Origin: Syntrophales bacterium
Lineage (GTDB): Bacteria; Desulfobacterota; Syntrophia; Syntrophales; PHBD01
DNA length: 64,000 nucleotides
Direction of reading: 5' to 3'
Assembly (NCBI GenBank): GCA_963668175.1
Contig: OY764159.1
Span: 4,448,001-4,512,000, forward strand
Made by a program: the position numbers and the translations under genes. Position 1 is the first letter of the stretch; each line of letters begins with the position of its first letter. Positions 8,076-18,204 of this stretch are shown piece after piece. The notes under the pieces were generated by a model. That model was not told the origin of the DNA. It did not search any database and saw only the letters and a list, made by a program, of their open reading frames with translations.

Positions 8076-9313
8076 ACACTATGGCCTCTTTCAAATTGAT
8101 TCTTGAGAATGATCATTGTTATCACGAGCATGATCAAACCGAAAAGTATAAGCGATAGGGATTTTATCAAAACATCACCGACGCCTCCGTGTCTCAGGAA
8201 CACGTCGAGGAAGCCTTCCAGACCCCAGGACATCGGGGATATGATCGACAATTTCTGCATAAACTCGGGCATGACAAACGTCGGCACCATGATGCCTCCG
8301 ATGGCGGCAAAAATAACGTGCATGACGCCGCTTACGGTGGTGGCCTGCTCCGTTGTTTTCGCCAGCGACGAAATCAGGAGCGCCAGGGAAATCGCGCTGA
8401 AACTGACGCTGGCCGCGATCAGTAACAACCCTCCGAAGGAATCGCCCAGGGTCAGCGCCTGGCCGCCCAGGAGAGGAACGGCATACATGCCGACCATGAT
8501 CATGAGGAAGACCTGGGTCATGTTGATCAGGAAATAGGGCAGAAATTTTCCGAAGAGGAGATAACCCTTCGATACGTTCATGCTGATCATGCGGATCAGG
8601 GTTCCCTGATTTTTTTCCGTGATGAACGTATTGGCGATCGGCATGGAGATGAAGAACATGGCAAAGACAAGCCAGGCCGGCACGGACTGCTGAACCGCGG
8701 AAGGGACGGCGGCAGCCTGCTTATCTTTGTAAACATAACGGATTTCCAGGGCAGGATCGTCGGATACCAGGAGATTCCTTTTCAGGGCTTTCCGGTCGAC
8801 CTTGGCGTAATCGAGCAAAGTGCCTATATTGTCCACGAAAGCGCCGAATCTTAATTTCCCCATGCTGGCGCTTATCGCCTCCTTGAAGACGGCCTGCGTC
8901 TGGGTGCTGACGATGGGATTTACCAACATCAAGAGAGGTTTCCTGCTTTCGTTGACGTTCTTACTTTCCACCACGGCGGTAAAATCTTCCCCGATGATGA
9001 TGGCGAATTTGAAGTTCTCCGCCAGCATCCGGCTGCGTAAGCCTTCCGCATCGACCTTCCCGTTTACGGGATGGACCACGAATGCGCCGATTTTTCCAAG
9101 ATTCTCCAGAAAGAGCTTCGACTCTCCGCCCTTGTCGTTATCGGCCACCAGGACGTGTATCTGCACCTTCGTATGCCCGGCAAACAACTCCCCCATTGCC
9201 ATGGACATAACCATGATGAAGGCCGCCGGCAACAGAAACAAGAGGATCAGCGACGGGATATCCCTGCCGATGATCAGGAATTCCTTTTTCAGGACGTACC
9301 GTATTTTATTCAT
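8072..9313 (-). CDS. ABC-2 type exporter permease
   Basis: KKEF..RD N-terminus, periplasmic loop, QQSVPAWLVFAMFF, EKNQGTL.R, GGIMVP, SPMSW. Confidence 0.9.
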   Translation of the reverse strand: MNKIRYVLKKEFLIIGRDIPSLILLFLLPAAFIMVMSMAMGELFAGHTKVQIHVLVADNDKGGESKLFLENLGKIGAFVVHPVNGKVDAEGLRSRMLAENFKFAIIIGEDFTAVVESKNVNESRKPLLMLVNPIVSTQTQAVFKEAISASMGKLRFGAFVDNIGTLLDYAKVDRKALKRNLLVSDDPALEIRYVYKDKQAAAVPSAVQQSVPAWLVFAMFFISMPIANTFITEKNQGTLIRMISMNVSKGYLLFGKFLPYFLINMTQVFLMIMVGMYAVPLLGGQALTLGDSFGGLLLIAASVSFSAISLALLISSLAKTTEQATTVSGVMHVIFAAIGGIMVPTFVMPEFMQKLSIISPMSWGLEGFLDVFLRHGGVGDVLIKSLSLILFGLIMLVITMIILKNQFERGHSV

Positions 9314-10226
9314 CTCTCAGATGGGCATGGGTCAGCTTTAAAAAAAGTTCTTCAAGGTTCTCGGAACCAAAAGAAATTTTTCTTATCACAAGACGGTTCT
9401 CTTCTAAAAGAGAAAAGACTTGGGTTAAATTCCCTTGAAATTTTTCATTTTTATCAATTCTAATATGTCCCGCACCGGCGTCTACGCCCGGAATGCGTTT
9501 CAACAACTCTGCGATTTTGTCATCGAGGCCTTCCACGCTGATCTTCATGACGGCAGCACGGTTCAACACGTCGTTTTTCCGGCCGTGCAGAACGATCTTT
9601 CCGGCATCGAGAATGGCAATATCGTCGGAAACCTGCTCGATCTCATCCATGTAATGAGACGTATAAACAATGGTCGTCCCCCGTTCTTCCCGGATGTTCT
9701 TTATCATTTCCAGCATATAGCTTCGCGATTGGGCATCGACGCCTACGGTGGGCTCATCGAGATAAAGGATCTGGGGATCGTTGAGCAGGCCGATGGCGAG
9801 GTTCAACCTCCTTTTCATGCCGCCGGAAAACTTGGCGACAGCCTTATTCACAAAAGACTGGAGGCTCGCGATATCGATCGATCGTTCAATCCGGTCCTTC
9901 ATCGTCTTCCCCTTCAATCCATACAGAGCACCGAAATATTCAAGATTTTCATAGGCTGTCAGCGTGGGATAAAGGGCCAGGGTTTGGGGAACGATGCTGC
10001 TGATTGAGCGAATCCCGTCCGGCTCCCGGTCGAGGGAGAGTCCGTTGATCATCACTTGCCCGCTGTCTTTGGCGATCAACGCCATAAGAATGGAGATCAG
10101 GGTGGTCTTGCCGGCGCCGTTCGGACCCAATAAGCCGGTTATCACCCCCCTGCGAACGGAGAGCGTGACGCGATCGACGACCTTAACGTTGTCATAGGAC
10201 TTACAGAGGTTTTCTATCTCTATCAT
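9306..10226 (-). CDS. ABC exporter ATP-binding protein
   Basis: GPNGAGKTT, FSGGMKRR, LDEPT, SHYM. Start at MIEIENL. Confidence 0.93.
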   Translation of the reverse strand: MIEIENLCKSYDNVKVVDRVTLSVRRGVITGLLGPNGAGKTTLISILMALIAKDSGQVMINGLSLDREPDGIRSISSIVPQTLALYPTLTAYENLEYFGALYGLKGKTMKDRIERSIDIASLQSFVNKAVAKFSGGMKRRLNLAIGLLNDPQILYLDEPTVGVDAQSRSYMLEMIKNIREERGTTIVYTSHYMDEIEQVSDDIAILDAGKIVLHGRKNDVLNRAAVMKISVEGLDDKIAELLKRIPGVDAGAGHIRIDKNEKFQGNLTQVFSLLEENRLVIRKISFGSENLEELFLKLTHAHLRDE

Positions 10227-10495
10227 ACGGTTTAAGCGTTCAGCGAAGCAGGAAGACTTCCAATCCTTTTTACGGTTCCCGAAGGACGCTTCGGTCATAT
10301 TTTGTAAAATGTCGGTAAGCATAGGGAAAGAAAGTCCGGATGTCAATATTATTCGGCCGGGCACTGAAACAAACAACATTAAGAGGCAATTCCTTAAGCG
10401 GGATAGAATCTTAATAAGTTGTTGAGAAAATGGAAACGATGCGGTATGACATTTCCCGTTGCTTGATTAACCCGTCCTCAAAAGGATCATCAGCC

Positions 10496-12064
10496 ATGAA
10501 AAAGGATCTATCTAACAATGCCGATCAGGTCGGGACAGTCACCGTCGGCAAGGGAATCGTTTCCCTGGAGAAGATTATATCCGTCGCCAAAAACGAGGCG
10601 GCAGTACAGGTGAGCTCCGAACGGCGCTTCATCAACCGCATGACCCAGTCTCAAGATCAGCTCAAACGGTCCCTCGCAAACGACGTACCCGTTTACGGCG
10701 TGAACACCGGTTATGGAAAATCCTGCGGCAAACGTCTCTCGATGAAGAAAGCCAGCTTCTTAAATGTCAACCTCCTGCGCTTTCACGGATGCGGAACAGG
10801 TGAACCGATCGGCATCGAAGCGACCCGCGCCGCCATCCTTTGCCGCATGATTTGCCTGGCGAAGGGCTACTCTGGCGTTTCCATTGCCCTTCTGGAGAAA
10901 ATGGCCGAGTTTCTTAATCATGATATCATCCCTGTCGTGCCATGCGAAGGTTCCGTCGGCGCGTCCGGCGACCTCACCCCCATGTATTACATCCTGGCCT
11001 GCCTGGCCGGAGACGGGGAGGTCTTTTACCAGGGAAAGCGAGTGGCCACCAAAGTCGCCTTGAAAAAGGCCGCAATTAAACCGCACTCATTCCAACACAA
11101 GGAACCGCTTTCCATGCTCAACGGCACGACGGTCATGACCGGCATCGCCGCCATGGCTGTCGACAGGGCGCAAAGAATCCTCCATGCGGCCATATGCGCC
11201 TCCGCCCTGACCGTCCATGCCTTGAAGGGCCACGTCCATCATTTTCATCCCGTCATCGGCGAAGCCAAGCCTTTTCCCGGCCAGATATTTGTCGCCGACA
11301 GTCTGACCGGACTGCTCCACACCAAGGGGGACCTTGCCAGCATGGAGGCAGACACCGTAGAAACGCTACAGGACCCCTATTCGGTACGATGCAGCCCCCA
11401 GATTCTCGGCGTTCTCCACGATGCCCTGACCTGGGTCAGGGCCTGGGTCGAACAGGAAGCGAACAGCTCCAACGACAATCCCATCTTCGATCCCGCGACG
11501 GGGAAACCGCTTATGGGAGGCAACTTCTACGGCGGGTATATCTCCTTCGCCATGGACGGCTTAAAGACGGCCATCGCGTCCGTCGGCGACATGTCCGACC
11601 GCCAGGTCGCATTGCTCGTCGATCCCCACCAGAACCGCGGGCTCCCTGCGGACCTGGTCCGCGAAAACGGCGATCCGCATCTCCTTCGGCATGGTTTCAA
11701 GGCCATGTCCATATCGACGTCGGCACTGGCTGCTGAAGCCCTCAAAGGCACCATGCCGGCAGGCTCATTTTCCCGGCCGACCGAATCCAACAATCAGGAC
11801 AAGGTGAGCATGGGCACCATCGCCGCAAGGGACGCCGAGAGGAATTGCACGCTCGTGGAACGCATCGTCGCCATTCACCTTCTTGCCGCCGCCCAGGCCT
11901 GCGAGATTCGCGGCGCCTATGGCATACGTCCGAAACTTGCCGCACTCGTCAAGAAGATCCGCACCATCGCCAAAGAGACGATCGAGGACCGTCATATGGA
12001 CAAGGATATCGATCGCGTGGCGAAAGCCATCACCGAAACCGATTTGTTTGTCTTAAGGAAATGA
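10496..12064 (+). CDS. MIO-dependent aromatic amino acid ammonia-lyase (HAL/PAL/TAL family)
   Basis: YGVNTGYG, GSVGASGDL (MIO triad), NGT, QDPYSVRC, NDNP, GGNF, NQDKVSMG. Specificity loop reads LRFHGCG. Confidence 0.93.
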   Translation: MKKDLSNNADQVGTVTVGKGIVSLEKIISVAKNEAAVQVSSERRFINRMTQSQDQLKRSLANDVPVYGVNTGYGKSCGKRLSMKKASFLNVNLLRFHGCGTGEPIGIEATRAAILCRMICLAKGYSGVSIALLEKMAEFLNHDIIPVVPCEGSVGASGDLTPMYYILACLAGDGEVFYQGKRVATKVALKKAAIKPHSFQHKEPLSMLNGTTVMTGIAAMAVDRAQRILHAAICASALTVHALKGHVHHFHPVIGEAKPFPGQIFVADSLTGLLHTKGDLASMEADTVETLQDPYSVRCSPQILGVLHDALTWVRAWVEQEANSSNDNPIFDPATGKPLMGGNFYGGYISFAMDGLKTAIASVGDMSDRQVALLVDPHQNRGLPADLVRENGDPHLLRHGFKAMSISTSALAAEALKGTMPAGSFSRPTESNNQDKVSMGTIAARDAERNCTLVERIVAIHLLAAAQACEIRGAYGIRPKLAALVKKIRTIAKETIEDRHMDKDIDRVAKAITETDLFVLRK

Positions 12065-12113
12065 GGCATCATACAGCCACAGCAAGATATTATAACGCGA
12101 ACAGGAGGGAAGA

Positions 12114-12719
12114 ATGAATCGACACGAGGAGACGATCGGGGACAAAAACGGTTCGACATCCGCAGCCGGCAGGCTCTTGCTGGTTATGGCCGGCCTGTTG
12201 ATTTCGGCTCTCCTTGTCTCGGGATGTGCCGAGGTCAAAATCCCCGTTCACAGGCACCTATACAGGCCCGACCTGCCGAAATCCGTCACCGGTTTCTACA
12301 AGGGAAAACAGATCGACATGAACGGTTTCGAGAACCGCGATGAGATGACGAAGCGGTGGACCTATTTCAGCCCGGACAAGAAAGTCGCCTACGAAGCATC
12401 GGTTCCATTGGAGTACTTCGTCCTGGACTGCTTCCGCGATGCCTTTTGGCTCGCCGGCGCCAGCGTTCTCAAGGATTCGCCCATTACGACCATTCCCGAT
12501 TTGTCCATCATCATCGATCACTGGACGGACCAGGAATTCATCTTTACCGCAACCGTCATGAAGGATAATGCCCTGAAGTTCAGAAACCAGTATAAGATAA
12601 CGGCGCCCGCCGCCAATATGAACGATACGACGAAGCTGGAGAAAAACGTCTATGAAATGATGAACAAGGCCGTCCTGGCGGTCATGACCGATCCCGCCTT
12701 CCAGGCCATTTATAGGTAG
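12114..12719 (+). CDS. Hypothetical lipoprotein
   Basis: AGGAGG RBS, hydrophobic stretch ending in lipobox LVSG-C, downstream terminator. Confidence 0.7.
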   Translation: MNRHEETIGDKNGSTSAAGRLLLVMAGLLISALLVSGCAEVKIPVHRHLYRPDLPKSVTGFYKGKQIDMNGFENRDEMTKRWTYFSPDKKVAYEASVPLEYFVLDCFRDAFWLAGASVLKDSPITTIPDLSIIIDHWTDQEFIFTATVMKDNALKFRNQYKITAPAANMNDTTKLEKNVYEMMNKAVLAVMTDPAFQAIYR

Positions 12720-12733
12720 ATCGCCTAGAACAT

Positions 12734-12771
12734 AAAGACGGGAAGGGCTGCCGCCGCGCCCTTCCCGTTTT
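12734..12771. terminator. Intrinsic terminator
   Basis: ACGGGAAGGGC…GCCCTTCCCGT followed by TTT, between convergent genes. Confidence 0.75.
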
Positions 12772-12790
12772 CTGTATCAACATTCCCCAG

Positions 12791-13276
12791 CTATACTTCG
12801 CTGACCGTCACCTTGACCATGCGGTCGCCCTGCCTCACGGCGTCCACAATGTCCATCCCTTTGACAACCTTGCCGAATACGGTATGCCGTCCGTCGAGGT
12901 GCGGTTGCGGCGAGTGGGTGATGAAGAACTGGCTGCCGTTCGTGTCCGGTCCGGCGTTCGCCATGGAAATGACCCCCGTTTCATGGATCAAAGGGTTGTC
13001 GTCCAGTTCGTCTTCAAATTGATACCCGGGACCGCCCCGGCCGGTCCCGGTCGGATCGCCGCCCTGAATGACAAAATCGCTGATCACCCGGTGGAATATA
13101 ACACCGTCGTAGAATCCCTCCCGGATCAGAAAGACGAAGTTATTGACGGTTTTGGGCGCATGTTGCGCATAGAGTTCAAGTTCGATCACGCCTTTGTTGG
13201 TTTCCATGGTACAGAGATAAACCTTGCCCGGATCTATCTGCATCTCCGGCGGACTGGTCCATTTTTTCGCACTCAT
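12791..13276 (-). CDS. Cyclophilin-type peptidyl-prolyl cis-trans isomerase
   Basis: [46 protein letters not shown]. Confidence 0.95.
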   Translation of the reverse strand: MSAKKWTSPPEMQIDPGKVYLCTMETNKGVIELELYAQHAPKTVNNFVFLIREGFYDGVIFHRVISDFVIQGGDPTGTGRGGPGYQFEDELDDNPLIHETGVISMANAGPDTNGSQFFITHSPQPHLDGRHTVFGKVVKGMDIVDAVRQGDRMVKVTVSEV

Positions 13277-13354
13277 TCACTTCCTCCTTACCTATTAGGT
13301 TTGTAAAATGATCAATAAAAGGCCTCGACCTGCCACGATCGTTATGAATGGCAT

Positions 13355-14137
13355 TTAGCGCCCTTTGAAGACCGGCTCCCTTTTTCCTTTGAAAGCGGCT
13401 ATCCCTTCCTGATGATCTTCCGTTTCGATACACAGCAGCTGCATGCCGATTTCAACTTCCAGGCTTGACTGAAGATCGATTCCAATATTCTGGTTCATGG
13501 CCTTCTTGATCATGCTTATGGCCACAGGGGCCCCGGCCGAAAGTCTCCCGGCCATTTTATATGTTTCCATCCTGAGCTGATCGTCGTCGAAGACCCTGTT
13601 GGCGAGTCCCATCTCATAGGCCGTTGCCGCATCGATCACGTCCGCCGTGAAAGCGAGTTCCTTGGCCCGGTGGAGACCGACGGCCCTCGTCATGAAATAG
13701 GTGCTGCCGCCGTCGGGTACCAGGCCGACCCTCGCAAAGCTCAAAGCCAGGCGTGCCGAACGGGCGCAATAAACGATATCGCATGCGAGAACCCAACTGC
13801 ACCCTGCCCCGGCGGCGACGCCGTTGACCATGGCAATGACCGGTTTAGGCAGCCGGACGATGGCGTTCGTGACGGCGTTGATGCCTTCCATATAGCGGCG
13901 GGTGACGCCGACATTGGCGAAGGTCTCCACGTAAGGGAGATCGGCTCCGGAGCAAAAGGCCTTGCCCGCCCCGGTAAAGACGACGGCACGAACTTCCGGG
14001 TCCGCCTCTGCTTTGAGGAACATCTCGACGGTGTCGTCCAGTAACGACTGCGACATGGAGTTGAATGTCTGGGGATTGTTCAGGGTAATGGTTGCAATAC
14101 GATCCTTTTTTTCGTACAAGGCCTGCTTTTCACTCAT
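13355..14137 (-). CDS. Enoyl-CoA hydratase/isomerase (crotonase family)
   Basis: AFCSGADL, KPVIAMVNGVAAGAG, GLVPDGG, EGIAAFKGKREP. GGAGG RBS before ATG 14137. Confidence 0.9.
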   Translation of the reverse strand: MSEKQALYEKKDRIATITLNNPQTFNSMSQSLLDDTVEMFLKAEADPEVRAVVFTGAGKAFCSGADLPYVETFANVGVTRRYMEGINAVTNAIVRLPKPVIAMVNGVAAGAGCSWVLACDIVYCARSARLALSFARVGLVPDGGSTYFMTRAVGLHRAKELAFTADVIDAATAYEMGLANRVFDDDQLRMETYKMAGRLSAGAPVAISMIKKAMNQNIGIDLQSSLEVEIGMQLLCIETEDHQEGIAAFKGKREPVFKGR

Positions 14138-14195
14138 CGTGACACCTCCACAATGTTCGGGGATTGCCTCTCCATGGATGAACCGCACCGGACGG

Positions 14196-15713
14196 TCATT
14201 CCAACCGTTTTTTCAACTCCCGCTTTAGGATCTTGCCCGCCGTGTTTCTCGGAAATTGATCGACAAAAATAATCTTCCTGGGCATCTTGTACTGGGCGAT
14301 TCGCCCCTGCAGACCGTGGATGACGTCGCTTTCTGACAACGTTTGGCCTTCGTGAAGAAGGACGAACGCCGCAACGACCTCGCCCCTCCTGTTGTCGGGC
14401 ATTCCCACGGCCGCCGCTTCCCTGACTGCCGGAAGCGCTTCGATGGCCCTCTCGACCTCGGCGGGATAGATATTTTCACCGGAACTGATGATCATTTCCA
14501 CTTTCCGGCCGACGATATACAGGAATCCGTCGTCATCCCGCCGTCCCATGTCCCCCGTATGGAACCACCCGTTTCTCACGGTCTTCTTCGTCTCTTCCGG
14601 CCTCATCCAATAGCCCGTGGAGACATTCGGTCCCCGGACAATAATCTCTCCAGCTTCTCCTGCCGGAACATCGCGGTCCTCGTCATCCACGATGCGCATC
14701 CGGACGTGAAAGACCTCTTTCCCCACGGAACCCGCCTTCGTGATGGCATCTTCGAGGTCCAGGGAGGTCAGCCGCCCGGTTTCCGTCAGGGCATAGCCCT
14801 GCGCGAATCCGACGCCTTTCTCTTCCTGATACTTCCGGATGACGGCCACGGGGATAGGGGCGCCTCCGGATATGAAGAAATGGACATGTGAAAAATCCGC
14901 CGCCGGCCACTCGGTTGTCTTTGTCATCAGTTGATACATGGCGGGAACGGCGAACATGTAATTGATCTTCTCCCGCACCACCAGATCGACCACATCCGAG
15001 GCGTTATAGAAACCCTTGATGACCAGGGAGCCGCCGGCATAAACGACGGGGATCACGGATGCCCCCAGGGCGCCCATATGAAAAAGAGGGCTCGTCACCA
15101 GCGATTTATAGGTCTTGTTGACGCCGTATCCGACCAGCGAATGGATGGCCGCAAATAAGAGATTCTCATGGGTAATCACCGCACCCTTCGGATCGCCTGT
15201 CGTGCCCGACGTATACATGATCAGGAGCGGATCGGCAAGGCCGACGCCTCCCGCCGCATCCGGCTCTCCCCCGGGGAAGGCCGAAACATGGGAAGAGAAG
15301 TCCCGATCGCCGGAAGGCTCCTTTCCGCCGTGCCGGTGCCAGTGGAGAATCTTCAGATCAGATGCCTTGAGGGCATCGACTGTTTTGTCGAATTCGGACG
15401 AATAGACCAGCATCCGCGGCTTGGCATCCCGCAGGATGTGCATCAGTTCGGGCGGCGCCAGACGTATGTTGAGAGGAACCATGATGGCTCCCGTCTTGGC
15501 GCAGGCGAAGAGGATATCGAGGAACTCGCAGGTATTGACCATGAGAACGGCGATACGCTCGCCCTTGACGATTCCCAGAGATGTCAGGGCATGGGCGGTC
15601 CGGTTGACCCGTTCGTTGAACTGGCGGTTGTCGAATTCGCGATCGTCCTCTTTCAGGAACGGCCTTTCGGGTTTGTTTAGGGCACGCTTGGAAATCCACT
15701 CGCCGATATTCAT
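14196..15713 (-). CDS. Long-chain/aryl acid--CoA ligase (AMP-binding, MenE/FadD-like)
   Basis: YTSGTTGDPKG, GYALTE, WFHTGD, GENIYPAEVE, GKILK. Confidence 0.92.
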   Translation of the reverse strand: MNIGEWISKRALNKPERPFLKEDDREFDNRQFNERVNRTAHALTSLGIVKGERIAVLMVNTCEFLDILFACAKTGAIMVPLNIRLAPPELMHILRDAKPRMLVYSSEFDKTVDALKASDLKILHWHRHGGKEPSGDRDFSSHVSAFPGGEPDAAGGVGLADPLLIMYTSGTTGDPKGAVITHENLLFAAIHSLVGYGVNKTYKSLVTSPLFHMGALGASVIPVVYAGGSLVIKGFYNASDVVDLVVREKINYMFAVPAMYQLMTKTTEWPAADFSHVHFFISGGAPIPVAVIRKYQEEKGVGFAQGYALTETGRLTSLDLEDAITKAGSVGKEVFHVRMRIVDDEDRDVPAGEAGEIIVRGPNVSTGYWMRPEETKKTVRNGWFHTGDMGRRDDDGFLYIVGRKVEMIISSGENIYPAEVERAIEALPAVREAAAVGMPDNRRGEVVAAFVLLHEGQTLSESDVIHGLQGRIAQYKMPRKIIFVDQFPRNTAGKILKRELKKRLE

Positions 15714-16960
15714 AAACCCCCTCCTGTTTCCGCATAGCGCTTGAAGACGACGGATGCATAGGTCCCGCCGAAGGAAACGCCGTTAAGCAGGGCACAGCGG
15801 ATCTCGGCGTCCGAACCTTTCTTTCCCGAAAAGGAGAGCGGCCAGGCGGGATGTTCGAGCCCCACGGTAGGGGGCAATTTTCCCTCCTTCATAGCCAGGG
15901 CCAGGACGGCGGCATTGATACCTCCCGCGGAGAAGGATTCCCCCACGCTTCCCTTGATGGAGAAAATGTGCGGTTTTGCCGTGCCGCCGTCAAAAATCGC
16001 CCCGTAGGCTTCCCCCTCCAGACCGTCGGGATTCCGGCCCCCGTTGGCGGAGGCGGCGATGGCGTCGATATCCGCCACACCGACGCCGGCATGAGCGAGC
16101 GCCCGGAAGACGGTCAGTTTCAATCCTTTCGGGTCGGACGGCCAATCCGAAGGCGGAGCCGGCGACGAACCCAGCCCCCATCCCGCCACAAGGCAGTATA
16201 TAGACGCCCCCCGCTCCAGGGCCGCATCCAGGGACTCAAGGCAGACAATCGCGCAGTTTTCGCCGGCGACAGGTCCGTTCCGCTTCGCGTCAAACGGCCG
16301 GGCTGATTCCATCCCGCCATCCCGGGGAGAAAGCGCCCCAAAACGCACAAGGGACTCGAAGAAGAATTCGGAGATAATGTCGCCTCCGCCCGCAAGCATA
16401 ACGTCCGCCGTACCCTTTTGAATTTCCGCCGCGGCGTAGGCAACGGCCGTCTCTCCCGAAACCCCGAAGTGGGTCACCGTCGAATTGACGCCCCGGAACC
16501 CCAGCTCGATGGAGGCATGGCTCGCCGGGGCATTGAGGACCGTATTGGGAACGAGAATCGGGTTGACCAACTCGGGACCGGATTTGATCAATGTCCGGGC
16601 AAACTGGACGGTGACGTCCGTCGGACCGAACGCCGTTCCGAGAATAATGCCCACCCGGTCGCGGTTGGAGGCTTCTATCTTGAGGCCTGCATCTTCCAGG
16701 GCCAGACGGGAGGCGGACGTGGCCGCGGAGGACAGCCTGTCCATCTTGCGCAGATTCTTGACCGAAACAAAATCGCGCGGCGAAAAGTCTCTGATTTCCG
16801 CCCCAAGATGGGAGCGGAAGCGGGACGTGTCAAAAGATGCAATCGGTGCGATGCCCGATTCTCCATCGTAGAGACGGCGCGAGAAGGTCTCTCTTCCGAC
16901 CCCCAAGGGAGATACGATGCCCACGCCGGTAACAACCGCTTGTCTGTTCATCTCAGGCAT
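15710..16960 (-). CDS. Full-length KS-fold chain-length factor (catalytically inactive)
   Basis: Aligns with FabF, but the triad is lost: THFGVSG for TACSSG, AASANG for AHGTAT, KGSVGES for KSMTGHT. Overlaps both neighbours. Confidence 0.85.
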   Translation of the reverse strand: MPEMNRQAVVTGVGIVSPLGVGRETFSRRLYDGESGIAPIASFDTSRFRSHLGAEIRDFSPRDFVSVKNLRKMDRLSSAATSASRLALEDAGLKIEASNRDRVGIILGTAFGPTDVTVQFARTLIKSGPELVNPILVPNTVLNAPASHASIELGFRGVNSTVTHFGVSGETAVAYAAAEIQKGTADVMLAGGGDIISEFFFESLVRFGALSPRDGGMESARPFDAKRNGPVAGENCAIVCLESLDAALERGASIYCLVAGWGLGSSPAPPSDWPSDPKGLKLTVFRALAHAGVGVADIDAIAASANGGRNPDGLEGEAYGAIFDGGTAKPHIFSIKGSVGESFSAGGINAAVLALAMKEGKLPPTVGLEHPAWPLSFSGKKGSDAEIRCALLNGVSFGGTYASVVFKRYAETGGGL

Positions 16961-18203
16961 TCGCAATCCCTTTTTCCGTGTACGCGCCGAAAATGAGCGT
17001 CGTGTTGTTTCCCCCGAAGGCAAAGGAATTGGACAGAATGATTGCCGGCGGAGCCATTCGGGCGCCCTCCGTCACATAATCGAGATCGCAGGCGGGATCG
17101 GCATCGCACAGATGGATCGTCGGAGGGATAAAACCGTGATGGATGGCCAGGACAGAAACAACACCCTCCAGGGCGCCGGATGCCCCCAGCGTATGGCCGG
17201 TCATGGATTTGGTGGAGCTGACGGGTATCCTGTATGCCCGCTGGCCGAAGACTTCCTTGATGGCCTTGGTTTCCATGACGTCATTGGCGGGAGTGGCCGT
17301 ACCATGGGCATTGATATAATCGATCATGCCCGGAGCGACGCCTGCATCGGCCATAGCCGCCGTCATGGAACGCACAGCCCCGGAGGCCGCCGTGTCCGGC
17401 GCAGTCATATGATGGGAATCGCATGTAACGCCGTATCCAAGGACTTCTCCATAGATCCGGACTCCCCGGTCAAGGGCATGCTGCATAGATTCCAACACCA
17501 GGATTCCCGCCGCTTCGCCTAATGTCAACCCGCGGCGATTCCGGTCGAAGGGGCGGCAGTATTCGGGATCGACGGCCTGCAGGGCGTTGAAGGCGGCGTA
17601 AGTGATGCCGCATAGCGGTTCCGTTCCGCCGGCGATCACCACCGGCGAAGCGCCCGCCCGGATAAGATCCCGGGCGTAACCGATAGCAGTCGCCCCGGAC
17701 GAGCAGGCGGTCATGAAGGTCGTTTTAGGGCCGAAGATGTCCAGATGCGAGGCGATCCTGTCAGCGGTCGAGGCGCAGTATACGGCTGCCAGGGTCGAGA
17801 ACCGCCCATACCGTCCTTCCGTTTCCAGATATTTTCGATAGAAGGCCTCACCTTCCAGGAGACCGCCGGCTCCGCCGCCGATGACCACCCCCATATTCTC
17901 TTTCATCTTGTCGGAAAGGGGATAAAGATCGGCATCGCGCAGGGCTTCAAGCGTTGCAACAAACGCCAGGCAATCGGCCCGACTCATGCGTTTCAGGGAG
18001 TACTCCGCCGGGATCATATCCCGGGGCAGGAAATGACGTACCTCACCTCCCGTATGGGTCCGGTGGGCCGATGTATCGAAGACCGTTACAGGTCGTATTC
18101 CGCATGCTCCCTGACGCAGCCCGGCGGCAAAATCCGGCGCGTTGGCGGCAACGGCGTTGATCGTTCCCAGCCCTGTTACGACGACCCGTTCCGTATCCTT
18201 CAT
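16953..18203 (-). CDS. fabF: Beta-ketoacyl-ACP synthase II
   Basis: RVVVTGLG, TACSSG, INAHGTAT, KSMTGHTLGASG, NSFAFGGNN. Confidence 0.9.
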   Translation of the reverse strand: MKDTERVVVTGLGTINAVAANAPDFAAGLRQGACGIRPVTVFDTSAHRTHTGGEVRHFLPRDMIPAEYSLKRMSRADCLAFVATLEALRDADLYPLSDKMKENMGVVIGGGAGGLLEGEAFYRKYLETEGRYGRFSTLAAVYCASTADRIASHLDIFGPKTTFMTACSSGATAIGYARDLIRAGASPVVIAGGTEPLCGITYAAFNALQAVDPEYCRPFDRNRRGLTLGEAAGILVLESMQHALDRGVRIYGEVLGYGVTCDSHHMTAPDTAASGAVRSMTAAMADAGVAPGMIDYINAHGTATPANDVMETKAIKEVFGQRAYRIPVSSTKSMTGHTLGASGALEGVVSVLAIHHGFIPPTIHLCDADPACDLDYVTEGARMAPPAIILSNSFAFGGNNTTLIFGAYTEKGIANA

Positions 18204-18204
18204 A

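Noticed and set aside
10496..12064. Calling the lyase hutH
   Set aside because: No hut genes nearby, an FH rather than SH specificity loop, and a PKS context.
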